Shown: positions 1-9,649, counted from the stretch's first letter. The stretch: DNA of 64,000 nt from an uncultured Lachnospiraceae bacterium (GCA_944383855.1 CALWRB010000034.1:425-64424); one strand, 5' to 3'. The notes: generated by a model from the letters alone, not told the origin. Numbers and translations: made by a program.

Positions 1-720
1 GATACAAAGCCTGCCGCCCGCATTCAAACGGCTGCCGCCATCTTGTATCGCTCTTTCCAAAACATCTAATTCGCCGTTGACTTCAATGCGAATTGCCTGA
101 AAGGTCCGTTTTGCCGGGTGGGGTCCGTCGCTTCTGGCGCCTTTTGGCACTGCTTTTTTGATAACGCTGACCAACTCACCTGTAGTTTCGATCGGCTTTT
201 GCTGACGCGCCTGCACAATGAAAGACGCGATCCTTTTTGCCCATCTTTCTTCTCCGTATGTAAAAATCACACGATTCAATTCTTCTTCGCTGTAGGTGTT
301 GACTACATCGTAAGCGCTAAATGCCTTTGTGGTATCCATACGCATATCTAACGGTGCGTCTTCCCGATAGGAAAACCCACGCTCACCTTCGTCCAGCTGA
401 TGAGAAGAAACACCGATATCTAACAAAATACCGTCTACCGCTTCTATCTCCAGCCTGTCCAATATCGAAGCGATGTTCCCGAAATTATCTTTTACAAATA
501 TAATGCGATCTTCAAATTCTTTCAGGTGCTGCCTCGCCGCAATATGTGCGTTTTCGTCTTGGTCGATCGCGATCAGCTTGCCGCCTGCGGTCAATCTTTT
601 TGCAATCTCAAAGCTGTGCCCGCCGCCGCCCATGGTACCGTCCACATAAATCCCATCCGGACGGATCTGCAGCGCCTCGATGCACTCATTCAGCAGCACA
701 GAAATATGATGAAATTCCAT
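1..720 (-). CDS. rsmH: 16S rRNA (cytosine1402-N4)-methyltransferase RsmH; N-terminal ~240 aa only, the gene runs off the window edge
   Basis: Absent from the ORF track because there is no stop in the window. My translation from the ATG at 720 reads [39 protein letters not shown]...[20 protein letters not shown]..., which carries RsmH-type SAM-binding motifs. It lies directly downstream of mraZ, as at the start of dcw clusters. Confidence 0.9.
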   Translation of the reverse strand, partial: MEFHHISVLLNECIEALQIRPDGIYVDGTMGGGGHSFEIAKRLTAGGKLIAIDQDENAHIAARQHLKEFEDRIIFVKDNFGNIASILDRLEIEAVDGILLDIGVSSHQLDEGERGFSYREDAPLDMRMDTTKAFSAYDVVNTYSEEELNRVIFTYGEERWAKRIASFIVQARQQKPIETTGELVSVIKKAVPKGARSDGPHPAKRTFQAIRIEVNGELDVLERAIQDGGSRLNAGGRLCI

Positions 721-734
721 TTTCTTCACTCCTG

Positions 735-1166
735 TCAAATGCCGAGATTCTGCATTTCAAAAGCAAGCTCGTTGCTGATGTAATTTTCCTCGTCGTTATA
801 CGCTTTCCAATTTTCCTTATCCCAAATCTCCACTCGGTTGTTCAAACCAAGCGAAACGATATCTTTTTTTAAACCTGCGTATTCCCGCAGATTCGCCGGC
901 AGAACAATGCGACCTTGACTGTCCAGATCGCACTCCACCGCCCCTGCGAAGAAAAAGCGGACAAATTTTCTGGCGCCGGGGTTTGTCAAGGGAAGTTGTT
1001 TTAATTTTTCTTCGAATATGCGCCACTCTGACTGGGGATAGGCAAACAGACACTTGTCCAATCCTTTGGTGATAACAAAGTGTTCACCTAAGCCTTCTCT
1101 GAATTTGGAAGGGACAATCACTCTGCCCTTACTGTCCAAAGAATGTTGATATTCGCCCATGAACAT
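735..1166 (-). CDS. mraZ: Transcriptional regulator MraZ
   Basis: 143 aa. Two SpoVT/AbrB-like halves: [24 protein letters not shown]... and ...[18 protein letters not shown]. Followed by rsmH. Confidence 0.95.
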   Translation of the reverse strand: MFMGEYQHSLDSKGRVIVPSKFREGLGEHFVITKGLDKCLFAYPQSEWRIFEEKLKQLPLTNPGARKFVRFFFAGAVECDLDSQGRIVLPANLREYAGLKKDIVSLGLNNRVEIWDKENWKAYNDEENYISNELAFEMQNLGI

Positions 1167-1215
1167 TTGTCTTCACCACCTTTCTCCCTGTCATTCGCAA
1201 AATAAGAGCAAATGC

Positions 1216-1250
1216 TCCATTTTGTTCCACTTTACTCCACATCTATCCAC
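1216..1250 (-). promoter_or_regulatory. Array of four MraZ-box-like direct repeats (GTGGA x3 plus ATGGA) at exact 10-bp phasing upstream of mraZ
   Basis: Plus strand shows TCCAT at 1216, then TCCAC at 1226, 1236 and 1246. On the gene strand this reads TACAATGTGGAtagatGTGGAgtaaaGTGGAacaaaATGGA. MraZ is known to bind short G-rich repeats with a 10-bp period in its own promoter. Confidence 0.6.
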
Positions 1251-1650
1251 ATTGTAATATAAACGTAATCAAAACACAAGCGTTTTTTAGAATTTATGTT
1301 GCCTTTTTTCTTTCGGAAATGCCCTTAATTCAGCGCTTTTCGGCAATAAAAAAAGGCAGATGCCTTTCTTTTTGCCTCTGCCCAAAAAATCGCCCTATCT
1401 CCACTGTATCTGTTTTTTGTTGTTCTATTCCCGCAGCAGGTGATAGAATCCCCCTCTTTTTCTCCCTTATCTACAGAAAAAAATGCACAAATTCTCCACA
1501 TTTTTTTCAGAAAAAAAATCACTGCAATAACGATACGTGTAAAAATCATTTCATCTTCTCTCTTTTTTCATTTCAAAGCTAATATTTTTCAAAAATAACA
1601 TTTTCCAAAAATCAAACTCCCTTTCCCTTTTGCCCATGACCCAATTTTAC

Positions 1651-1682
1651 AAAAAAAGGGTGCCGATATACTCGGCACCCTC
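1651..1682 (-). terminator. Rho-independent terminator downstream of PFOR
   Basis: Minus strand reads GGGTGCCG-agtatat-CGGCACCC followed by TTTTTTT, about 50 nt after the PFOR stop. Confidence 0.8.
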
Positions 1683-1731
1683 TTTAGACAGCGGCACACA
1701 GCCGCATTTTCTTGATTGATTTCGGAAAAAC

Positions 1732-4700
1732 TTACTGTGCTGCCAATCTCTTGTAGCTTTCCAGTCTTTCCTTCGCATTCTTTTCGGATTCTTCAAAGAG
1801 CTGTTCTGCTGCTTCGGGGAATGTTCTCTGCAAAGAGCTGTAACGCACTTCACTCAACAGGAATTCTCTGAAGCTTGCTGTAGGTTCTTTGGAATCCAAT
1901 GTGAAAGGATTCTTTCCTTCTTCTTTCAAAGTAGGATTGAAGCGATACATATGCCAGTAACCAGCTTCTACCGCACGTTTGATCTCGTTCTGCGCACCGC
2001 TCATACCGCCCTTCAAACCGTGGTTAATGCAAGGAGCATATGCGATGATCAAGGAAGGACCATGGTAGCTTTCTGCTTCCATCAGGGCTTTTACCAGCTG
2101 ATTCTTGTCTGCGCCCATTGCAACCTGTGCAACATAGACATAACCATAGCTCATTGCCATCATACCCAGGTCTTTCTTCTTGATTCTCTTACCGGAAGCG
2201 GCAAACTGTGCAACCGCACCCGCAGGTGTGGATTTGGAAGCCTGACCGCCTGTGTTGGAGTAAACTTCAGTATCGAATACCAGAACGTTGACGTCTTCAC
2301 CGCTTGCCAGTACATGATCCAGACCGCCGTAACCGATATCGTATGCCCAGCCGTCACCACCGAAGATCCACTGGGATTTCTTCACAAGCTGATCTTTGTT
2401 TTCCAGTACATAGGAAACGATATTCTTTGCTTCTGCATCTGTACCTGCATAGCTTTCCAATGCTGCAACCAGCGCATCGGAAGCCGCTCTGGATTTTTCA
2501 CCGTCATACATCGTATCGATCCAAGCATCTACCACTTCTGCAACAGAAGCGTCAATGCTCTTCAGGTTTTCCAGTTTATCTTTCAGACCATTTCTCATCT
2601 GTTTTACGGCTGTTGCCATACCCAGACCATACTCTGCGTTATCCTCGAACAAAGAGTTTGCCCATGCAGGACCGTGTCCGTCTTTGTTAGTGGTATAAGG
2701 CATGGAAGGTGCGGAACCACCCCAGATAGAGGAGCAACCTGTTGCGTTTGCAACATACATTCTGTCACCAAACAGCTGTGTTACCAGTTTTGCGTAAGGT
2801 GTTTCGCCACAGCCTGCGCAAGCGCCGGAGAATTCCAGCAGAGGCTGTTCGAACTGAGAACCTTTCACAGAGCCTTTGCCCATCGGATTTGCCTTCGGTG
2901 CAACTTCGTCAATAGCATAATCCCAGTTTGCAATTTCTGCTTCCTGTGTTGCCAGAGGTTTCATTACCAGAGCTTTATTCGGTGCAGGGCAAACTTCTGC
3001 GCAGCTGCCGCAGCCCAAGCAATCCAGTGCGGAAACCTGCATTCTGTATTTCAGTCCTGCAAATGCAGCGCCGCCTTTTGCATCTACCGCAGTGAAAGCA
3101 GCAGGTGCTTTTGCAGCTTCTTCTTCTGTCAAAAGTACAGGACGGACCGCAGCGTGAGGACATACATAAGAGCACTGGTTACACTGAATGCAGTTTGCAG
3201 CGTTCCATTCGGGTACGTCTACTGCAACACCGCGTTTTTCATATGCAGCTGTACCGCAAGGGAAGGTACCGTCTTCTCTGCCGCTGAATGCGGAAACGGG
3301 CAGCTTGTCGCCTTCCTGCGCGTTCATAGGTGCCACAATCTTTTCTACGAATTCAGTTGTCTTTCTTGCAGCAGTTGCATGTGTGTCCACAGCATTTGCC
3401 CAAGCGGCAGGAATCTCAATCTTCACAGCGCCGTCTACACCACGGTCAACAGCCGCATAGTTCATATTCAGAATGGTGTCGCCCTTCTTGCCATAGGATT
3501 TTTTGATCGCTGCTTTCATGTAATCAACAGCCTGGTCAATCGGGATAATGTTTGCAAGCTTAAAGAATGCAGCCTGCAAAACAGTATTGATTCTGTTGCC
3601 CAGACCGATCTCTTTTGCAATTTCTGTACCGTTGATGATATAGAAATTGATCTTCTTTTCTGCCAGCTGTCTTTTCAGTTTTGCGGGCAGGTGTTCTTCC
3701 AGTTCTTCCGGTGTCCAAACGGTGTTCAGCAGGAATGTACCGCCTTCATTCAGTTCGGTTACCATATCGTACAGATGTACATATTCCTGTTTATGACAAG
3801 CAACAAAGTTTGCTGTCTTAACCAGATATGTAGAACGAATCGGTTTGTGACCGAAACGCAGGTGGCTCTGTGTAATACCGCCGCTCTTTTTGGAGTCATA
3901 GCTGAAATAAGCCTGCGCATACATGTCTGTGTGGTCACCGATGATCTTGATGGAGTTTTTGTTCGCACCAACGGTACCGTCTGCGCCAAGACCCCAGAAT
4001 TTGCAGCTGATCGTGCCGTCATCGCCTGTTACGTTGACTTCTTCGCCAACTTCCAGGGAATGACCTGTTACGTCATCCACAATACCGATCACGAAATGAT
4101 TTTTAGGTTTATCCAACGCCAAGTTAGCATATACTGCGATAAACTGCGCGGGTGTAACGTCTTTGGAACCCAGACCGTAACGACCGCCTACCACAACAGG
4201 AGCCTGTTCTGCTTCGAACATAGCTGTGCAAACGTCCATATACAGAGGCTCGCCCTGAGAACCGGGTTCTTTGGTTCTGTCCAAAACAGCAATCTTCTTT
4301 ACGGTTTTCGGGATTGCCTCCAGCAGTTTGGAAGCAACGAAAGGACGGAACAGATGTACTTTTACCAGACCAACCTTTTCGCCTTTTGCCATCATATAAT
4401 CGATGGTTTCTTCAATCGCTTCACAAGCGGAACCCATTGCTACGATCACTCTGTCTGCGTCAGGTGCACCATAGTAATTGAACAGCTGATAGTTGCGTCC
4501 TGTGATACGATTGATCTCGCCCATGTACTGTTCTACTACAGCAGGCAAAGCATCATAGAATTTGTTTGCTGCTTCTCTTGCCTGGAAGTAAATATCAGGG
4601 TTCTGTGCAGTACCTCTGATCACGGGGTGCTCAGGATTGAGTGCGTTTCTTCTGAACGCATTGACTGCATCCATGTCAATGATCTTTGCCAGCTCATCAT

Positions 4701-5262
4701 AGTCCATGCACTCGATCTTCTGAATTTCGTGAGAGGTACGGAAACCATCGAAGAAATGCAGGAAAGGCACACGACCTTTGATCGCGGACAGATGTGCAAC
4801 GCAAGCCAGATCCATAACTTCCTGAACGGAGTTGGAAACCAGCATTGCAAAACCGGTCTGACGGCAAGCCATAACGTCGGAATGATCGCCGAAAATAGAC
4901 AATGCCTGTGCAGCCAGCGCACGCGCGGTAACGTGGAATACGCCGGGAAGCAGCTCACCGGAAATTTTATACATATTGGGGATCATCAGAAGAAGTCCCT
5001 GAGAAGCTGTGTAAGTCGTTGTTAAGGCACCTGCTGCCAAAGAGCCGTGCACCGTACCGGAAGCACCTGCTTCAGACTGCATCTCAACAACCTTTACCGT
5101 CTGACCAAACAGATTCTTTTTGCCATTGGCAGCCCAGTCATCTGTTTTCTCGGCCATAGGAGAGGAAGGGGTGATGGGGAAAATACCGGCAACTTCTGTA
5201 AACGCATAGGAAGCGTATGCAGCAGCTTCGTTACCGTCCATCGTTTTCATTACTTTAGACAT
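1732..5262 (-). CDS. nifJ: Pyruvate:ferredoxin (flavodoxin) oxidoreductase, single-chain PFOR
   Basis: Begins MSKVMKTMDGNEAAAYASYAFTEVAGIFPITPSSPMAE. Contains two 4Fe-4S ferredoxin motifs (CIQCNQCSYVCPH and CLGCGSCAEVCP) and a C-terminal TPP domain (GGDGWAYDIG). Start moved to the ATG at 5262, which has AAAGGAGG 8 nt upstream; the track ORF extends 60 codons further upstream. Confidence 0.95.
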   Translation of the reverse strand: MSKVMKTMDGNEAAAYASYAFTEVAGIFPITPSSPMAEKTDDWAANGKKNLFGQTVKVVEMQSEAGASGTVHGSLAAGALTTTYTASQGLLLMIPNMYKISGELLPGVFHVTARALAAQALSIFGDHSDVMACRQTGFAMLVSNSVQEVMDLACVAHLSAIKGRVPFLHFFDGFRTSHEIQKIECMDYDELAKIIDMDAVNAFRRNALNPEHPVIRGTAQNPDIYFQAREAANKFYDALPAVVEQYMGEINRITGRNYQLFNYYGAPDADRVIVAMGSACEAIEETIDYMMAKGEKVGLVKVHLFRPFVASKLLEAIPKTVKKIAVLDRTKEPGSQGEPLYMDVCTAMFEAEQAPVVVGGRYGLGSKDVTPAQFIAVYANLALDKPKNHFVIGIVDDVTGHSLEVGEEVNVTGDDGTISCKFWGLGADGTVGANKNSIKIIGDHTDMYAQAYFSYDSKKSGGITQSHLRFGHKPIRSTYLVKTANFVACHKQEYVHLYDMVTELNEGGTFLLNTVWTPEELEEHLPAKLKRQLAEKKINFYIINGTEIAKEIGLGNRINTVLQAAFFKLANIIPIDQAVDYMKAAIKKSYGKKGDTILNMNYAAVDRGVDGAVKIEIPAAWANAVDTHATAARKTTEFVEKIVAPMNAQEGDKLPVSAFSGREDGTFPCGTAAYEKRGVAVDVPEWNAANCIQCNQCSYVCPHAAVRPVLLTEEEAAKAPAAFTAVDAKGGAAFAGLKYRMQVSALDCLGCGSCAEVCPAPNKALVMKPLATQEAEIANWDYAIDEVAPKANPMGKGSVKGSQFEQPLLEFSGACAGCGETPYAKLVTQLFGDRMYVANATGCSSIWGGSAPSMPYTTNKDGHGPAWANSLFEDNAEYGLGMATAVKQMRNGLKDKLENLKSIDASVAEVVDAWIDTMYDGEKSRAASDALVAALESYAGTDAEAKNIVSYVLENKDQLVKKSQWIFGGDGWAYDIGYGGLDHVLASGEDVNVLVFDTEVYSNTGGQASKSTPAGAVAQFAASGKRIKKKDLGMMAMSYGYVYVAQVAMGADKNQLVKALMEAESYHGPSLIIAYAPCINHGLKGGMSGAQNEIKRAVEAGYWHMYRFNPTLKEEGKNPFTLDSKEPTASFREFLLSEVRYSSLQRTFPEAAEQLFEESEKNAKERLESYKRLAAQ

Positions 5263-5356
5263 TGCTTGTTCCTCCTTTTTTCCAATTATGAAAAATCGTT
5301 TTATCGTTTTGGCAAAATCCCTTTTCTGTTCATTATTACCAAAACTCGCCTCACGC

Positions 5357-5392
5357 AAAAAAACAAGACACAAATCCGAAATCTTTTGTCTG
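5357..5392 (-). terminator. Terminator-like hairpin plus U-tract inside the PFOR 5' leader (possible attenuator)
   Basis: Minus strand reads AGACAAAAGATTTCGGATTTGTGTCT-TG-TTTTTTT. It lies between the predicted promoter and the PFOR start codon. Confidence 0.35.
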
Positions 5393-5440
5393 ATGATCCG
5401 TTGGATTTTTAACTTGTCTTTTTGCGTTCTCTCGGATATC

Positions 5441-5469
5441 ATTATACAATCAAAATTTGTTTATTTCAA
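5441..5469 (-). promoter_or_regulatory. Sigma-A type promoter for PFOR
   Basis: Minus strand: TTGAAA (5469..5464), 17-nt spacer, TATAAT (5446..5441). Confidence 0.5.
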
Positions 5470-6041
5470 CTAAAAAATGAAACCATCTCCGTTATGTTTC
5501 TAACAAAATGACATTGGAAATGTTTTCTATAAGCATACTAAGTATCAAAATAAAATTATGCACTTTTGAATTTTCAAGCCAAAATCCGATTCACCACCCC
5601 ACTCCTTTTTCGCAAAAATTTGCATTCTTGTCCGACAAGAACGGGTTTTCTCTGTTTTAGTTTTGATAATTGAATATCAAACACCTGTCAAACTCTCCTA
5701 AATTTTCCAAAAAATTTTTTCCGATTTAAAATTATTTCTTTCTATTTCCTCTCCATTTTACTCCATTGTAAAATCCCACAAACCATTTCACACCGATTTT
5801 ACCGTCTTTCTTACCCGTGCATTCCGTATTTTTCCTATCCTCTATCACAGTTTGTATGATCCCTTCTCTTTTTTTCCGGACTGCTTTGCAAAGACACCTG
5901 TCTTTCCCCGCGATCTTGCGACTAAAACACGTTTTTGCTTCTTTTTCCAAAAAAGAGGGTGCTGCTTTCTTTGGAAAATAAATAAAAGCGAAAAGAATCT
6001 ATTCTTCTTTCCGATTTTTGTGGAATAACGTCTTTCCGATT

Positions 6042-6995
6042 TTAGGATTGCTTTGCTGTGTGATGCAAATTTTCCGCAACAGAGGACTGTGCAGCCTCAT
6101 CATGCCCCTCCCATGGATTGACATGCACCATGATATGCTTTACGTCCTGAAAATTCAATTCGATACTGTCATGCACCCGTTCCGCAACGGCATGCGCTTC
6201 ACGCAGGGAAAGGTCACCGTCGGCAGCGATCTCAGCGTCCACATAGATCCTTGCGCCAAACATTCTGGTCCGCAGACGATCAATCCCTAAAACACCTTCC
6301 TGCGAAAGGATCACATCTCGCATCTGTTCGATCGTCTTTGTATCACAGGACGTATCCATCATTTTCGCAGCTGCGTCCAAAAAGATGTCATAAGATGCCT
6401 TTACGATAAAACAGCAGATCACGCCACCCGCGATCGGGTCGCAGATGGGATAGCCCAACCTTGCCGCGGTTACACCCACCAAACTGCCTACAGAGGACAA
6501 CGCATCGCTGCGGTGGTGCCACGCATCTGCCATCAGCGCGCCGGAATTCACCTGTTTTGCCGCCCGTTCTGTCACACGGAACATTCCTTCCTTTACCAAA
6601 ATGGAAACCGCCGCCGCAACAATCGCAAGCCTGCCCGGCACTTCCAGCACCGCTTCGCTTCCTGCCATAATTTTTTGCAGGCTGCTCCACCCGATCGCAA
6701 GACCGGTAAAGCAAAGCACACCCGCCAGAAGCATTGCCGCAATACACTCCATTCTTTCATGCCCATAAGGGTGGTTCTCATCGGATTCTTTCGCGGAAAG
6801 ACGGTAACCGATGATCACTACGATCGTACTGAAAACATCAGATGCCGAATGGATCGCATCGGATATCATCGCACCGGAATGCGCAAAAATCCCCGCAAAC
6901 AACTTGAATACCGAAAGTATCACATTAACTGCCATGCTCCAAAACGAGATGCGCATGACGATTTTCTCATTTTCCTTTGTAACGTCTGTGTTCAT
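6042..6995 (-). CDS. Cation diffusion facilitator (CDF) family metal efflux transporter
   Basis: 317 aa with six TM segments. CDF signatures include SDAIHSASDV and HHRSDALSS, plus a C-terminal cytoplasmic domain. RBS AAAGGAG lies upstream of the ATG at 6995. Confidence 0.9.
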   Translation of the reverse strand: MNTDVTKENEKIVMRISFWSMAVNVILSVFKLFAGIFAHSGAMISDAIHSASDVFSTIVVIIGYRLSAKESDENHPYGHERMECIAAMLLAGVLCFTGLAIGWSSLQKIMAGSEAVLEVPGRLAIVAAAVSILVKEGMFRVTERAAKQVNSGALMADAWHHRSDALSSVGSLVGVTAARLGYPICDPIAGGVICCFIVKASYDIFLDAAAKMMDTSCDTKTIEQMRDVILSQEGVLGIDRLRTRMFGARIYVDAEIAADGDLSLREAHAVAERVHDSIELNFQDVKHIMVHVNPWEGHDEAAQSSVAENLHHTAKQS

Positions 6996-7115
6996 AGTAC
7001 ATTGCTCCTTTCAGTCTCGGGATCTGTTTCTCACATTTTATGTTTTTTTGCCATCACCTTTGCAAAAAACCACAGTTTTTTTCGCGGATCGTTTTTTCTT
7101 TGCCGAAAACACAAT

Positions 7116-7270
7116 AAAAAAACATCCGCGGAAACAAGCCTCAACTGTCCCACAGATGCCAAATCTGCTGCTTTTCTAAGCCCGACTACATGACAAATGC
7201 CATTGCCTGATCAGTTTGTACTGTTTGATGCCGCGGCAGGCTGCTGCCGCTCGCAGTGCAAAGAGATTAT
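7116..7270 (-). promoter_or_regulatory. Structured ~170-nt leader of the CDF gene ending in an intrinsic terminator; candidate metal (czcD/NiCo-class) riboswitch
   Basis: The leader contains the hairpin GCGGCAG-CAGC-CUGCCGC and the element UGUGGGACAG. AUCUGUGGGA (7157..7148) can alternatively pair with UUCCGCGGAU (7133..7124), and that helix is followed by GUUUUUUU (7122..7116). Assignment to the NiCo class rests on gene context and my imperfect recall of the motif. Confidence 0.4.
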
Positions 7271-7274
7271 GAGT

Positions 7275-7303
7275 ATTTTATGACACCGCCGCTCGTCTGT
7301 CAA
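7275..7303 (-). promoter_or_regulatory. Sigma-A type promoter driving the CDF leader
   Basis: Minus strand: TTGACA (7303..7298), 17-nt spacer, TAAAAT (7280..7275). Confidence 0.6.
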
Positions 7304-7315
7304 CCTCTTTTTTCT

Positions 7316-7345
7316 AAAAAAAAGCATCGACCACCGGGACGATGC
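7316..7345 (-). terminator. Rho-independent terminator of the dCMP deaminase gene
   Basis: Minus strand reads GCATCG-tcccggtggt-CGATGC followed by TTTTTTTT. Confidence 0.75.
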
Positions 7346-7356
7346 TTTCTTTCTTC

Positions 7357-7806
7357 TCATTCATTGGGCATGATCTGCATTTCGATGCCAGCCTCCTCCA
7401 AAATGCTCTGAGAAAGCGGATCCGGATACTCTCCTTTATACACGATTTTTTTGATGCCTGCATTCACCAACATTTTCGCACAGATCACACAAGGCTGCAA
7501 TGTGATGTAAATGGTCGCGCCTTCCGTACTGATCCCCAGATTGGCGGCTTGAATGATCGCATTTTGCTCCGCATGCAGCGCGCGGCAAAGTTCATGGCGC
7601 TGACCGGAAGGGATATGCAGCCGCTCCCTTTCGCAAATACCACGCTCCGTGCAGTGCCAAAGTCCAGAGGGCGCACCGTTATACCCCGTTGTAATGATAC
7701 GATGATCTTTCACGATCACCGCTCCCACCTGTCTTCTTAAACAAGTCGATCTGGTTTTGACGATTTCTGCGATCTGCATAAAATATTCATCCCAACTGGC
7801 ACGCAT
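7357..7806 (-). CDS. comEB: Deoxycytidylate (dCMP) deaminase, ComEB-like
   Basis: Begins [32 protein letters not shown]. Carries zinc-deaminase motifs HAEQNA and PCVICAKML. Start set to the ATG at 7806, which has AAAGGAGGAG upstream. Confidence 0.9.
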   Translation of the reverse strand: MRASWDEYFMQIAEIVKTRSTCLRRQVGAVIVKDHRIITTGYNGAPSGLWHCTERGICERERLHIPSGQRHELCRALHAEQNAIIQAANLGISTEGATIYITLQPCVICAKMLVNAGIKKIVYKGEYPDPLSQSILEEAGIEMQIMPNE

Positions 7807-7991
7807 AGCCGCTCCTCCTTTGGCAGTCTTTTTCGTTATATTATGATCTGTATAACATATATCACAGAATACATGGTTTGTCAAAATCCGCTTTCAAAAC
7901 AAAAAGCACAATCTTCCGTCACACTCCCTACCGCAAAAACAGAAACACGTTTCCTTCCAAGACTTTTTTTAACTGTTTCGATGCCAACATC

Positions 7992-8042
7992 AAAAAAACA
8001 GGCATTTGAGAGCCTTTCGGTTCTCTTTTTGCCTGTTTTTTT
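7992..8042. terminator. Bidirectional terminator hairpin downstream of the CoA-transferase gene
   Basis: Sequence is AAAAAAACAGGCA...GAGAGCCtttcGGTTCTC...TGCCTGTTTTTTT, so an A-run and a T-run flank a long hairpin. Confidence 0.75.
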
Positions 8043-8066
8043 CGCCTGTCACGCGGACCTATTTTT

Positions 8067-9371
8067 TTAAATCAACAGATTCATTTTTTTCGCTTCAAAA
8101 ATCAATTCTTCCCGAAACTGCGGTGCCGCAAGCGAAATAATGAGTTTTGCCCTGGTGCTTGCCGTTTCTCCCCGCAGACGCACCAATGCATTTTCCGTTA
8201 CCAAAAAATCGACTTCGTTCTTGGTCGTTGTTACGATTGAGCCGGGAGTCAGGATCGGCTTGATTTTCGATATCGTCCCGTTTTTTGCAGTAGACATCAT
8301 CGCGATAAAGCCTTTTCCGCCTTTGGAAAGATTTGCGCCGCGCACAAAATCCACCTGTCCGCCCGAACCGCTGTAATGCAATGTGCCAATGCTTTCTGCG
8401 CAGACCTGACCGAATAAATCGATTTCCACACAGGAATTGACCGCCACAAAATGATCATGCCGCGCAATGACCGCAGGGTCGTTGGTATAATCCACCGGGT
8501 GCATCTCAAAACCCGGATTATCGTCCATAAAATCATACATTTTCTGCGAACCCCATGCCAATGTCGCAATCGTTTTGCCGCGGTTGATACTTTTCTTTTC
8601 GTTTGTCACCGCACCGCAGGCAATCAGATCCACCATGCTGTCCGTAAACATTTCCGTATGGATACCCAAGTCTTTCTTTCCCTGCAGTGCGATTCCGACC
8701 GCGTTAGGGATACCACCTATCCCAAGCTGAAACGTTGCGCCGTCCGGCACCTCTGCCGCGATCATTTCCCCTACTTTTTTGTCATTTTCTGTTATCGGCG
8801 GATTTTGCAGCTCAGAAAGCGGAATGGACGACTCGCAAAGCGCCGTGACCTGAGAAATATGAATAAAACAGTTCCCCAGTACACGCGGCATTTTATCATT
8901 CACTTCCAGCAAAATCACTGCAGCACGCTCGCGAAGCGCCGCCACTTCCGCTCCTGCCATACCGCAGCTGAAATACCCATGCTGATCCATCGGTGAAACT
9001 TCGGCATACAGCACGTCTACCCGTGGAATTACTTCCCGCCAATATCTCGGCATATCACTGTAATTAACAGGTAAATAAGTATAGTGCCCTTCTTGTATCT
9101 GCTTTCTGCCGCTTGCAGTAAACCAGGAAACATAGTCATAGCGTCCCTTTAGCGCAGGGTTCATAAACGGACCGTTTTTGACAGAAAGCACCGCATGGTG
9201 CGTCACACCGTAAATCTCTCCCGCTGCCGCACGCGCTCCCACCGCCGCACAAATCGTAGCAGGCTCGCATAAGCCCGTAGGACAGGCACATAAATCTCCC
9301 GACTTGACAAACATCGCCACTTCCTGCGGTGTCATTTTCTTTTTTTGATACAGTTGTGCAAAATGGTTCAT
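8067..9371 (-). CDS. Acetyl-CoA hydrolase/transferase family enzyme, 4-hydroxybutyrate CoA-transferase-like
   Basis: 434 aa. The N-terminus ...MTPQEVAMFVKSGD... and the overall layout resemble AbfT/Cat2-type CoA-transferases. Substrate is not determinable from sequence alone. Confidence 0.8.
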   Translation of the reverse strand: MNHFAQLYQKKKMTPQEVAMFVKSGDLCACPTGLCEPATICAAVGARAAAGEIYGVTHHAVLSVKNGPFMNPALKGRYDYVSWFTASGRKQIQEGHYTYLPVNYSDMPRYWREVIPRVDVLYAEVSPMDQHGYFSCGMAGAEVAALRERAAVILLEVNDKMPRVLGNCFIHISQVTALCESSIPLSELQNPPITENDKKVGEMIAAEVPDGATFQLGIGGIPNAVGIALQGKKDLGIHTEMFTDSMVDLIACGAVTNEKKSINRGKTIATLAWGSQKMYDFMDDNPGFEMHPVDYTNDPAVIARHDHFVAVNSCVEIDLFGQVCAESIGTLHYSGSGGQVDFVRGANLSKGGKGFIAMMSTAKNGTISKIKPILTPGSIVTTTKNEVDFLVTENALVRLRGETASTRAKLIISLAAPQFREELIFEAKKMNLLI

Positions 9372-9649
9372 ATGCTCCCCCCATATCGTGATTTCAGTTC
9401 CCTATTCCACTTTCCATGATATTGCTCCACATTGTACGTTCAAAAATACATGCCATTTTTTGTTTATTTTTCCTATAGAAATCCATTCTGCTTTGTACTT
9501 AATATTTTATCATATCGTCTTGTTTTCGTAAATAAAAAAGCTGTATGTCCGTAATTATATACAAAATCTTTATGGTTCGACCTTTTTTCCCCTCTATTTG
9601 TCATACAAGTAAAGGAAGAAAAACTGCAGCAAGATTGATTTTCAGGGAT

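Noticed and set aside
1325-1549. 74-aa minus-strand ORF (and the overlapping 87-aa plus ORF) between PFOR and mraZ
   Set aside because: Its RBS is weak, it reads through a terminator-like hairpin (1350..1385), and nothing about the sequence is recognisable.
1951-5025. 1024-aa ORF on the plus strand, antisense to PFOR
   Set aside because: It lies fully inside a clearly conserved gene on the other strand. Its product is Cys/Phe/Thr-rich low-complexity sequence, and there is no RBS. The stop-free frame is explained by PFOR avoiding TTA, CTA and TCA codons.
5732-5950. 72-aa minus-strand ORF in the AT-rich PFOR-CDF spacer
   Set aside because: It has no RBS, is Lys/Arg-rich and low-complexity, and lies in a promoter/terminator region.
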